A stretch of DNA of 64,000 nucleotides from the human T2T-CHM13v2.0 reference genome, Homo sapiens. Shown one piece after another: positions 1 through 58,162 of the stretch. The position numbers and the translations under genes are program-made. Each line of letters begins with the position of its first letter. Position 1 is the stretch's first letter. The stretch lies in assembly GCF_009914755.1 (NCBI RefSeq), contig NC_060935.1, one strand, 5' to 3'. The notes beneath the pieces are model-generated. The model saw only the letters and a program-made list of their open reading frames with translations, did not search any database and was not told the DNA's origin.

Positions 1-2376
<2,376 letters not shown>

Positions 2377-3839
2377 TTAGCACTTCCTTTATATAAAACA
2401 CCAGTCCTCTGTGGTCAGTCTAGCCTTGAGACCAGGGCACTGGTACCCAGGGGGCTTGTGGAGATGGGCTGTAGCCAGCTGGGAGGTGGAAGCCTGGCCC
2501 CTGGCCCCAACTTTTGATGACACGCTGTGTGACACTGGGCAAGGCGCTTCTCCTCTCTAGGCCTTGGGGTCCTTGCCTGGCTGCAGAGGCTCTGTGGGCC
2601 TGCCCTCCCTCAGCTTGTTCAGGGATGCAGAAGAGCCTGGGAGGTGGGCAAGGAGGGAGATCATGGATTCCCATTGGACAGACAGGGACACCAAGGGCCG
2701 GATGGGCAAGGCCTGCCGGAGGTTCCTGAGCAAGCAGAGCACTTGCTGGGTCTCCAGTGCCGGAGTCCTGGACCCCAGCCTGGTGAACTGCGGCCCTCGG
2801 TGCAGGCCTCTGCCTTCTGTTGCTTTGGTAGGCGGACACCTCTTGCGCACCCAGGCTTCCTCTGCAACCGGGAGGATGGCTGGGTGGTTCCGCTGGAGCA
2901 CTGAGTGGTCACCAAGACCCAAAGCAAGATGGGGCAGACTCTGAAAAGGCCCCTAGTCCCCTCCCCGACCTCATTATCTGGTCTCATCACCCTTTCCTAC
3001 TGCTCACCATGGACCAGCTGCTCATCCAGGCAACATTTCAGGGTGGAGATTTCACAGCAGTGTAGCGGGATGGAGTTCAGGGCTATAAAGAGTGTTGGGG
3101 TCCAGGATCCTAGGACGGGGGCCCAGGACTGCAGGCTGGGAACTTTTGGTTAGCATGCCAAACTCCTGGACTCCCACCTGTGCCTTGCATGCCAGCAGCA
3201 GGATTTTGAGCAAGAGACACTGACCCACCCAGCACATCTTAGGGTCCAGGGGGGCTGAAAGGTCCATCCGGGAAGGCCAGGCTGCCTGGGATGAGGTGGC
3301 AGCTCAAGGAGAAAACCTCCTCCTCTCGGGCTTTGCCACTCCAAGACTGGCCCTTTAAACCGGAGACCATGATGTCACCATAGACAGCAAGGGACGGGAG
3401 GGGGACTGCAGGCCTGAGGATGGACTGCATCTCCCAGCAGGCTTGGGTGCACCACACCCCTCCCAGCAAGCACTGACTCATCGCAGACTTTTAACTAGTC
3501 CAGTGCTGGTTTCCAAGGGGTTTCTGAAGTGTCTGGTGGTTCTGGGGTAAGGGTGAGGTTCCTGGGGGGATGGCCTAGGGCATAGAAGGCCCAGGCCAAA
3601 TCTGTGGGCCTAGCGTAGCTTGCTGCGACTCCTTCCTGTCAGTGTCCTGGCATCACCCTACTTTCCTGGTGCAAACTCCTAAGCCCTCCTCTTTCCCTAT
3701 GCAGCCTCCCTTCTAGAATCCAGGCTTCCCGCCCCCGGCTAGAGCCCATCCCAACTCTGCTCTCTGGCTTCAAAAGCTTCGGCCTTCACCCCCGAGTCTG
3801 CCCTCAGGGGTGTCCCCTTTGGTCTGGCAGCTCACTTTA

Positions 3840-4300
3840 AACGGCGCGGGGACTACATCTCCCAGCGGCCCCGGGCCTTCCTGACGCAGCCCCCCCTTTC
3901 AGCCCGCGGGGAGGTGCGGGCCGGGTGGGGGGAGGTGACTTGATGTCATCCTGAGCAGCTGGGCGGCGGGTGCCGGTGCGCACGGAGCCGAGCCGGGGCT
4001 CCCGTTGCGCTGCACCGCGTTGGGTCGGAGTCCCAGGACTTCAGCGGAGATCCGCGCGCTGCGACGGCCGGTGCAGAGCCCGCCGAGCGCCCAGTCCCGG
4101 CCCGGGGCTGAGTTGGGGGCATGCTCTAGCCGCCCCCCCGGAGCCCGGGAGAGAACCCAGGAGCGCCGCCGCCCAGCCCCAGCGCCCCGAGCGGAACCGC
4201 TGCGAAGGGGCCCTGAACGGCCGTCGCCCTCCCTACGGGCAGCCCCCGGGGGTTGGCGACCGAAGTCTAGGTTTTCGAGAAGTGAGTGTCCCCCACCCCA
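3840..4300 (+). promoter_or_regulatory. PPP2R5B: PPP2R5B CpG-island promoter and non-coding exon 1 (donor GTGAGT at 4282)
   Basis: Dense CpG/GC-rich tract. ZNF143/SBS-type motif GACTACATCTCCCAGC at 3851-3866; CRE-like TGACGCA 3882-3888 and TGATGTCA 3941-3948; donor GAA|GTGAGT at 4281/4282. Exact TSS cannot be determined. Confidence 0.8.
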
Positions 4301-4987
4301 TGAGGTTTGGGGGGCCAGGAAGGAGGAGCTGAGGTGGGGGAGGGTGCCAGGTTCTAGGAGCGGGGTGGCATCGGGACAGCACCTCCAGTCTTGGGGTTGT
4401 CCCAAGTGGCCGGGATTAGTGGAGCAGCGATGCGTTCCATTCTGAAAGGGGCAGGGATGACGATCGGGGCTCCATTCTGAGTCGGGGCTGGCTTGGGGGA
4501 TAGGCCCTATTCTGGGAGGGGTTGTTTTGGAGGCTTTCTGTCTGAGAGAAGGGAGGGACATGTCCAGGATGGGAGGGGGCTGCACCCCTATTTTAGGGTC
4601 TGGGCAAGGATAGGAGGGAAAAGACCTGGGCACTCCACGCAGCCTCCCGGCTCTCCTGAGGAACTGATGGGCTTTCTCTGTCTCTTTCTTGCTGATCTTT
4701 CTGCCTGACTTCGTTTTCAAAAGAGCCAGGGTGGGAACCCTAACTGGACTCTTCGGGACCCCCAGGAAGGATCTGAGGCCTGAGCCATCCTCCTTTCTAC
4801 CCTGTCTGCCCCCCAGGACTGGGCAGTTGCAGGAGGCCCTGGGGGGGGGCCCAGGACTGTGGTTGTGCCCCCCCCCCAAAGGCCGGACAGGATGGGACCA
4901 AGTTAGTCTGTCCAGTCTCACCCAGCACCTCCCAGGCCCAGAGAGAACCCCCGGGGCTCTGAAAGCTTGCCCTGCCGCCTGACCGCC

Positions 4988-13097
<8,110 letters not shown>

Positions 13098-13709
13098 ACA
13101 GCACCTCAGAAGGGGAAAAGCTAAACCCAGAGCTGTCAGTCCCTCTATCCCTTCTCCTGTCCAGGGGCCCAGAGAGAAACACACCTACCCCTGGCCTTGC
13201 CAGAGTGGCTTCTGAGGACTCCCTGCCCAGCCCAGCTTTCACTGGGGGGAGACGAGGAGAGGCAATGGTGGTCTTGGCAACAGAATGCTCAGCCCCTCGT
13301 GGCAGGACTTGACAAGGGCAAGCTTGACCAGGAAGCTGCCATCAGGGATCTTCCCCTGCCCCGCAAAGCTAGGCTCCAGCTGCAGGCGGGCTCCCACCCT
13401 CTGCTCCTGGCCTTGGGCAAGGGCACTCAGCGCCTCGCCTGCCCCTGCCTTGGCCAATGCGAGGTCCTTCCTTATCCCCACCATGGGGTCCATGGTCTAT
13501 TTATTCTCGCCCAGCTCACCCTCTACACAGACACTGTCCTGGGTGCACACTCCTCCCTTCCCTCGCTGTGTACTTCCTTGTCCCCTTTTTATTTATTGGG
13601 CAGGGGGAGGGGGAGGGCACAGGCAAGAAGAGATTCACAGTGTCCTGGGGTAAGGGGGGGTTCACAGTAATCATGGTCTACTCCTCTTTCCGTGGCTGGG
13701 GGTAGACTT

Positions 13710-13715
13710 AATAAA
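13710..13715 (+). terminator. PPP2R5B: PPP2R5B polyadenylation signal AATAAA
   Basis: First canonical AATAAA about 610 nt after the stop codon. Confidence 0.85.
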
Positions 13716-13739
13716 GAGAGAAATTCAAGAACTGCTTGC

Positions 13740-13745
13740 TTTATT
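13740..13745 (-). terminator. GPHA2: GPHA2 polyadenylation signal AATAAA
   Basis: TTTATT on + about 280 nt downstream of the GPHA2 stop codon. Confidence 0.8.
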
Positions 13746-14025
13746 TAGGGGTAAGGGCAAAGAGGGAAGTAAAATGATGAAAGATTGGTTTAGAAGGGCC
13801 AGGCAGAGGCAGGGAAGAAGCAGAAACTCCCCTCTTCTCAGGTGACAGTCACAAAATCTTACAAAGGATCAAAGCTGGAACAACCCTCCCCTTATTTAAA
13901 AAAATTCCATAGCAAGTAACCATCAGGGCTGGAGCTCCTTCCAGTTTTTGAATCTTGAACACAGGTTTCCCCCACCAGAATGTCAAGCCCTGTGACCCAG
14001 GGGAGGAAGGAGGGGAGAGGATGGG

Positions 14026-14127
14026 CTAGTAGCGAGAGAGGCGACACATGTCACACTGGCAGGCCCTGGCCGTGAAGATCTCGAGCTCCTCCCTCCGGCT
14101 CCCCACACACTGCAGCTGTACTTTGAC
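14026..14127 (-). CDS. GPHA2: GPHA2 coding exon 3
   Basis: VKVQLQCVGSRREELEIFTARACQCDMCRLSRY*. Confidence 0.94.
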   Translation of the reverse strand, partial: VKVQLQCVGSRREELEIFTARACQCDMCRLSRY

Positions 14128-14717
14128 CTGCGGGAGAGGGGAGTCCGTGCTGCAGTCCCCTTTCTCAGGGCTGTCTAGGATCTCCATCTCTCTGGTCTTC
14201 CCGCGACCCCAGCGTCCATCCACCGGGCCCGGGCCCTCCTCACCTTCTTCAGGCCACTGATGGTGCAGCACTGAGAGACGGAGGTGATGTTGTGTCGGTA
14301 ACCACTGGCCACCAGCACAGAGTACCGAGAAGGGAAGGCGCTGGACTCACAGTGGCCCACACAGGCCTGTGCCACGTGGGAGCCCTGGCAGGTGCCTTGG
14401 CGGTCACTTCGCACTGTCACATTGAAGGCTAGAAGGAGATAGGCAAGCAGTAGACGGCGCCTCTGCCAAGGTTTGCCTCGCCCCAGCTCCCGTTGCCTGT
14501 GCCTCAGTGTGGGGCCCTTTAGGGTGCTGCCTGCCCCACCGTCCACTCTGTCAGCTCTTTGCTCCCACCCAGAACCTCCACTGCTCCTAGCCCTCCGGTC
14601 CCAGAGGTACTCACGGTGCAAGTGGCAGCCTGGGATGACTGCCTCCTGGCCCCAGGCTTCAGTGACTGCCAGGACCAGCAGATAGAGGACCAGGGTTTGA
14701 GGGGACGCCATAGGCAT
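14026..14717 (-). CDS. GPHA2: Glycoprotein hormone alpha-2 (thyrostimulin alpha), 3 coding exons, 390 nt, 129 aa
   Basis: Exons 14717-14615, 14428-14244, 14127-14026 (GT-AG). Signal peptide MPMASPQTLVLYLLVLAVTEAWG, 10 Cys with cystine-knot motifs CVGHC and CQC, N-glycosylation sequons NVT and NIT, ends CRLSRY*. Confidence 0.96.
14244..14428 (-). CDS. GPHA2: GPHA2 coding exon 2
   Basis: PFNVTVRSDRQGTC...SQCCTISGLKK with AG/GT ends. Confidence 0.94.
14615..14717 (-). CDS. GPHA2: GPHA2 coding exon 1
   Basis: CAG|ATG acceptor at 14717; donor GTGAG at 14614. Confidence 0.94.
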
Positions 14718-14869
14718 CTGAAACACAGTGGGGAGATGTCTCTACGTGGGTGTGCAGGTGGGATGGCGAGTTCTTTAAATACTGCATTCCAGGTGAGTGA
14801 GCCAGGGCTGGCTGGTCTGACAGGTGAGGTGTGCCTGAATGGTGCTGCCTTTTCCCTGTATCTGCCTTT

Positions 14870-14889
14870 GTGTGTGTGTGTGTGTGTGT
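14870..14889 (+). repeat. (GT)n microsatellite in GPHA2 intron 1
   Basis: Direct reading. Confidence 0.9.
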
Positions 14890-15090
14890 ATGGGTGTGAG
14901 TGTGAGCAGCTGTCTCTGGAAAGGACCTGTGTGTCAGCCCTCTGTGCAGTGATTCTCCCTTCCCTGGAATTTTCTTCGCCATCTGGAGCGCAAACATCTT
15001 CCTCCCTCCATCTGCCCCATCTTGGCCTGCAGGGCCCTCGTCCACATTCCCAGACCCTCCCCAGAGCTCCTCCTGCCTCAGCGAGCTCAC

Positions 15091-15180
15091 CACTTCCGAG
15101 GCCCAGGAACAGAGCGGCTTGCAGTTTTCCTGTGCCTCCTGCTGGTCTCCAGCTTGGTGCTGGCTCTCCAGGCTTTTATT
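15091..15180 (-). promoter_or_regulatory. GPHA2: GPHA2 non-coding exon 1 (about 15148-15091) and TATA-like AATAAAAG (15173-15180)
   Basis: Donor GTG|GTGAG at 15091/15090; TATA-like element about 30 nt upstream of a plausible TSS. Confidence 0.7.
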
Positions 15181-17503
15181 TGCCAGCATTTTGGAGCCAC
15201 GCCCTCTTGGAGATCGGCTTTCAAACCAGCCTCCCCTGCCTGAAGCCTCAGAGCGATCCCACCTGGGGGATCTTGCTCTTTGAGGTGCGGTCCTCGGAGA
15301 GCAGCTCCTGCTGCTTTCTGCTTCTTTCTGTCCAAAAAGCTACCCACAGCCCAGGCCTCGATAAGTCAGATGTGGAGAGAAGCCTAGGAGCTGGTGGAGT
15401 GTGCAGCGTGTGTGCAGCTGACGACACAGGGGTCAAGACTCTTGGCTGAGTTGTGGACACCTGGGTTCTCTTTGCTCTGTGACCTTGGACAGAACATTTC
15501 CCTGTTCAGGGCCTGATCACCCCTAACTTTATTATTATTTATTACTATTATTTTGAGAGGGTCTGGCTCTGTCACCTAGGCTGGAGTGTGGTGGTGTTAT
15601 CTCGGCTCACTGCAACCTCCACCTCCCAGCCTCCCAGACTCAAGCCATCCTCCCCCTTAGCCTCCTGAGTAGCTGGGACCACAGGCACACCACTATGACC
15701 AGCTAACTTTTGTATTTTTTTGTAGAGACAGGATTTTGCCATGTTGCCCATGGTGGTCTTGAACTGCTAAGCTCAAGTGATCCGCCTGCTTAGGCCTCCC
15801 AAAGTGCTAGAATTACAGGCATGAGACACTGTGCCTGGCCACACCCCTAATTTTAAAACCACTAAACTCAGTCCTGCTTGCCTTTTTCTAACTGCAAAGG
15901 AAAGGGATTGGGGAAGGAGATTCTTAGGGACAAGGGAAATTATACCAGTGGAGGTCTCCTGAGATGTGCTTGGTGGCAGGGCCGGGGGTTTGGGGGTTGC
16001 TGTCTGTTTCAGAGTTGCATGGCCACGGTATCAGTGGATGATTCGCATCCTGTGCTACAGAGTAACGTTCTGAGCTGGAGTGCTCCCCTAGCCCTGGAAT
16101 AACAGGGACCTGACTCCTGAAAGGGCCTGAAGTTATCAACCCCAGCAAAGCTGATCTATTTGTCCAACTCTGGTTTTATAGATGAGGCAACTAAGGCTCA
16201 AAGAAAGAAAGTTACTAAAAGTCACCCAGCTAGTTAATGTTAGGGCTGATTTCAAATTCAAATCTGCTGTCCATCCATGGTGCTAAACTACACTTGAGCA
16301 AGAATGTGGCAAGCTGGAGAAAGACCCCCAGGCAGCAGTGGCCAGAGGGGTTGGGGCAAGGTGGAGAGCCAAAGGAAGCCTGTGGTGATTCTGGGCAGCC
16401 CCGCTTTGGGGTCATTGCCTCACTGATCTGCTCAGAAAGAGCAGGGCCAGTCACAGACTGCTAGAGCTAGAAGGCACTTTATAACTCACCAAATCCTACC
16501 CCCTCATTTTCTGGATGAGAAAATAAGAGCTCAGCGGAAAACAACTTCCCAAAGCTTCACTGTAAGCTAGTCAGAGTCAGGGCGGGCACTCACAGCTCCA
16601 GATTTGGAGCTGTGCTTCTTAGCAGCTTTGTAAAACAGGCCATGTTTGGGACAGTCGAGTAAAGGCTGTAAACGCAATTTGAGAGGAAGTGATGTTACTA
16701 ATGTCACTAATCCTTAAATTCCCACACCCTACGGTTTCCCCATCAGCCCCCATCCCCTCAAGACCTGGGTCCTTGTTTGCCAGGTCCTCCGCAGCAGTCC
16801 ACCTCTTCTCTTCTCCCCACCAAGGGTGCAGGCAGCATAGCAACAGGACGCAGCGGGAACTCAGCAGTTCAGCCCCTGCTCTCCCACTCTTGAGGGGCAC
16901 CCTCTGGCATGTGACAGATGATGGCTTCTGTTTAAAGCATTTGGGTGACAAGGCTCATTACCTTATGAGGTAGCCCATTCTAATATTGGACATCTCTAAC
17001 AGGTAAAAAGTGACTCCTTTGTTGTGAGCTAAAATGAGTTTCCCTACATTTCCATAGATCATTTTGGTTCTCCACGGCCACATGAGGCTAAAGTGTCTAT
17101 TACAGATCAGTCCTTTAGTTGAAGGCAGCTCAGGTGGCCAGGCCTTCTCCAGGGGTGCCAACCTGGATTGACTTCCAGTTAATCTGATAAACGAATCTGC
17201 ATTACTGTCAAACAGTTAAAGGGATAGAGAGGTGGGAAACATTTTGTCTATGGAGAGGCAACCATTTGGGGCCAAACTGGAACTGGGGAAGAGGTCTCTT
17301 GGGTGAGCAGGGCTCAGGACAGTGAGTCTTGAAAGACCCCATTCCCTAACCTCTGGCACAAACTCACCTACCCAAAGTGATCCTGTGAATAGTAACCAGG
17401 TAGACCTAGGGAAGTTTCATGCATTTTCTCTGTATCTTGAGGGAAGCATTTGTTCTCTTTTACTCTATTCCACTAAATTCAATCAATAACTCTTCATAAA
17501 TAA

Positions 17504-17509
17504 TTTATT
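17504..17509 (-). terminator. MAJIN: MAJIN polyadenylation signal AATAAA
   Basis: TTTATT on + about 270 nt after the MAJIN stop codon. Confidence 0.75.
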
Positions 17510-17781
17510 GTCATTAGGATCCTAAGTGCCGAAGACAAAAGGCCTAAACCGGCCCTCAGGACATGAACATTTTAGAAAGTTCCATTCTTAATGTTTTAAA
17601 TTGGGGGAAAAAATCTATTATAAAGGGGCAAAGGACACGATAAAACCACAGAGGACTCAGCATGGGGACCTCATTCCCCACGACTGAAGTGTCATAAGAA
17701 AAGGATAGAGTTGGAGGAAGAATGGCTCGGGAGGAGTCACTACAAGAGATGATCCTCTTTCCAGCGCTGCATTTGGAAGGC

Positions 17782-38668
<20,887 letters not shown>

Positions 38669-39351
38669 TGCTCCCAAACGATAGCCTAAATAAAATAGAA
38701 AGAGAATTACTAAAAAGCTAACGATTGTTCCTTATTTACAGGAAAGGGAACCTGCCCAATCTGTAACATCTCTTCATGAGTAAAATGTCCAACACTAAGC
38801 ACTACTGCCTACGTACCAGGATCATCACTTGGAACATTCTCCTACCTGCATGGGGAGAATACAGTGTGTTGGGATAACCTTTATGCTTGCAGTCAAAAGC
38901 CCAGAATTCAAGTTTGATCATTTATGACCTTATGCAAATCATTTCTCTTCCAGAAGACTAATGATACTAGTATCCGCCCTGATGACTCAGAGTCTTTGTT
39001 AGAATTAAATGTTTCTCCCAAGTATCTCTTGAATCTGTTCTTCTCTACCATCCCCACTTCCACTGGAATCTCCGTGGATACAGAGAGGGCTCAAGTTAAA
39101 TAATGACACAATCCAAAGGATACACCAATTACAAGCCAATTAGGAGGACGTTTGCTATCAATTTTAGATGAAATTAAGGTATTACTACAACTTCCTGCCA
39201 CAACCAATGTAGCAAATAAGGATGTACACTCATGTTTTTGAGTGGCACCAAGGAATGGCTTATTTTCCAGATCTATCAATTACTCTTCCTTTCCCCCACT
39301 TGTGAGGCTTCCCTGTGTTCCAAGAGTGCCTACTATACCCCTAGCACTTAC

Positions 39352-39398
39352 TGTTTTATTTCTCCTGTTCTAGAATCTCTGTCCACTTAAGGTCGTCT
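39352..39398 (-). other. MAJIN: Probable MAJIN 5'UTR exon (47 nt)
   Basis: CTCCCCACAG| acceptor and |GTAAGT donor in unique sequence about 670 nt upstream of the ATG exon. Confidence 0.6.
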
Positions 39399-40335
39399 CT
39401 GTGGGGAGTTAAGGGGAGAGATGGAAAAAATAAAAATAAATAATTAGAGGAGATCCAGAGTTCCTAAGGATCAAAACTAGTTATATACATCAGTACAAGT
39501 ATAAAAATTACATGGTATTGGTTTCAGAGGCAGCTGAGATGCAGTCGACAGAATGGGCCCAAAATAAAGAGAATCTGAGTTTGAATCTCAGTCCAATGTC
39601 CCTAATTTCTGAGCCTTGGTTTTCTTACTTACACAATAACAACTCTCAATAACAACTTTTGCCATGCCCTATTCTAAGTTTAATCTCACTTAATCCTCAC
39701 AACAAGCCTATAAGTCTAAATTTGATAGGTGAGGAAACTGAGGCACTGAGGAATGAATTAAACTGCCCATAGCTATGAATGTTGGAATTTGAATTTAAAC
39801 TAAGGCAATACAGATCCAGAATTGATATTCTTTAACCACTCTGCCAGTCTGCTTCCTGGGGTTATAAGGAGGAAAAAACAAGACAATAAACATAAAATCA
39901 CTTTTTAAGCAGTAAAATATCATATACACATAAAGGACTATTTTCATTATGCTTTTCTCCATATTATTCTGATGCCATTTCTACTCAGCAGGGAAAAATT
40001 TTCTATGGTAGAAACTCTTCCATGGTAGAGTCACAAGTTCTACGTGCCCGAAGAATGGAATTTCCCACAATTTCCAAAGTTCAAGTCTGGGGCTGCCAGT
40101 AAAGAGATACCCCAGTATCTGATCTTGGCTGCCTGAGATTAGAATGACATGAGTGGAGCCAGAGCCCATGAGACTATTTAGACTAGAATTGCAGTCAAAA
40201 ATGAAAAGAAATAGTTGTGCCAACTGCAAAGTCCCCGGAGGGGAAATACTGATCATATCCTGAGAAAAAACTGATGCCCCATACCAAAGGCATGGCAGGA
40301 ACCCAGGCTAGTTTTGATGTTTTAGTGCTAGATGA

Positions 40336-55757
<15,422 letters not shown>

Positions 55758-57403
55758 TAAGCAGTTCAGTCTGAGAGCCCCAGAGAACAAAACAAATCCT
55801 GTCCTAGGAAGAAGCCTAGCACCTACTGAGGAAGAATTGAGTGCTGGGAATAGGGCCCCCATTAACAGCCAGCCCCTGAAGCTCTTAGGGAAATGCTCTG
55901 CAGACCCATGATCTCCCCAAGAGGGTCAGAACCAGGTCTTGTTCCTTAGAGAGCTGCTGCTGCTTCTTGGGCCTGTGCAGCTTCCCAGCCTCCAAGGCTG
56001 AGGGAAGGAGCCACTTAATCAACAGCTCCATTTCCTGCAGCACCTGGGGCTCCCCAACCCCTACCACCTCCCTTTGGGCTTCCCAGGTCAATTACCTGCC
56101 AGGCAACGGGCCTCAGCTCAGAAAATCTGACCAGCCAGAGACTGGTCTGACGGGGCCATGGGGAATTGAAATGACTTGACTCAGAGAGGCAACCCTGGGG
56201 GTAGGGACAGGGGGATCTGCCCCCACCCTTAGGGTAGTGTAATTCAGTCTTCAGTTTACCACTCCCTCTCTGTGTGTTGGGTGTCTGACTCACAGTAAGG
56301 CTGTGAAACCCATTGACCATCCAGGTATGAGCCTTGTGGAGATTGAAGAGGTGATGGGGTGGGATAGGTTTGCTCAAAGAGGCCTCCAAATCCTTCCAGG
56401 CTCAGCCCAGACCTTGAAGGCCTTTTTGCAGTTTTAGTAACACGAGCCGATTCCTGCGGTTGGTGGCTGTCACAGGACAGAAGCAGAGGACCCCAGCAAG
56501 GAGGTGAAACTTCCAAGAAGGAGGTGAACCACTAACCCGGGAGTCCCCTCCCCAACCACAGAGATCCTTCAGAAGAGCTCTCTTTGGCTATGTTTTGTGT
56601 TTGAATCTAACTCAAAAGACCAAGCTGTTAGAGGCTCAAGTGTTCCCAAGAATCGTCCATGAAAACTGTTGTAGACACTGGGTCCAGGCCCACCCCAGGG
56701 AGTCAGACTCAGGAGTCTTGGCATGATTGAGAGATCTGTCCTAGGTTATTTTTACCCTGACTGGAGTCTCTTCCCTGTCCGCCCCCTCACCAGATAAACA
56801 GAAGCCAAGACACAAGGAGGAAAGCTTGCAAGGGCCTGGGTACGCTGTCGGATGTAGTGGAGGCAGGACTGGCCTCTCTGGAGAGACTTCAGCATTCTCT
56901 GCTTTGAAAAACGGGGCTGTAGACCTTTTAAAATGGCATGCATTTCTGCAGGAACACACAGACACTTACAGTCCCCAAGGAATAGTCTCTCTCCTGCAGG
57001 ATGGGAATGCCCCCAGAAGGCACTGAACCACTAATCCAAGAGGAAAGTTCTCAGATTCCTTCTTGCCTCAGGTCCCCCATATCAGACCTGAGGTTTTTCC
57101 TTCAACCCTCCCTGAGCACAGGCTCTGATCTGTCCATGGTTCTGATTTTTAATGGATTTCACTTGGGGGCAAGTCATGAGTTTTTTCATTCACTTGGAGT
57201 AGTTAACACTTACTGAACACTTACTATATGCCAGGGACTGTGAGCTACTCCTTACACGCAACCCCCTTTTTCCAAAGTAACCAGACATAATAGAAAAAAC
57301 CACAGGTCAGGCTGGGCGCGGTGGCTCACGCCTATAATCCCAGCACTTTGGGAGGCCGAGGCGGGCGGATCACGAGGTCAGGAGATCGAGACCGTCCTGG
57401 CTA

Positions 57404-57628
<225 letters not shown>

Positions 57629-57810
57629 TCATAAATGTGTAGCTCAGTGAATTTTCTTTTTCTTTTTTGAGACAGAGTCTCGCTCTGTCGCCCAGGCTGG
57701 TCTTGAACTCTTGGGCTTAAGCCATCCTCTCACCTGGCTTCCCAAAGTGTTGGGATTACAAGTGTGAGCCACCATGCCTGGCTGAACATATACTTTTCTA
57801 TTATACCTAT

Positions 57811-58162
57811 CGTATTAGTTCGTTTTCACACTGCTGACAAAGACATACCTGAAACTGGGAAGAAAAAGAGGTTTAATTGGACTTACAGTTCCACATGGCT
57901 GGGGAGGCCTCAGCATGGCGGGAGGCAAAAGACACTTCTTACATGACAGCAGCAAGAGAAAAATGAGGAAGACGCAAAAGAAGAAACCCCTGATAAACGC
58001 ATCAGATCTCGTGAGACTTACTCACTGTCACGAGAATAGCACGGGAAAGATAGACCCCCATGATTGAATTACCTTTCCCTGGGTCCCTCCCACAACACGC
58101 GAGAATTCTGGGAGATACAATTCAAGTTGAGATTTGGGTGGGGACACAACCAAACCATATCA
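57811..58162 (-). mobile_element. THE1 (ERVL-MaLR, probably THE1A) solo LTR with 5-bp TSD CCTAT
   Basis: Reverse complement begins TGATATGGTTTGGTTGTGTCCCCACCCAAATCTCA; 352 bp; CCTAT at 57806-57810 and 58163-58167. Confidence 0.88.

Noticed and set aside
14175-14726. 183-aa ORF as the GPHA2 product
   Set aside because: Reads through introns; the spliced 129-aa model fits the splice signals and Cys pattern.
14559-15449. 296-aa + strand ORF antisense to GPHA2
   Set aside because: Non-ATG start, runs through a (GT)n repeat (CVCVCV), no domain; GC-rich by-product.
15150-17490. MAJIN-to-GPHA2 read-through or extra upstream GPHA2 exons (e.g. donor-like GTAATG at 16961)
   Set aside because: Same strand and only ~2.3 kb apart, but isolated splice-like motifs are not sufficient evidence.
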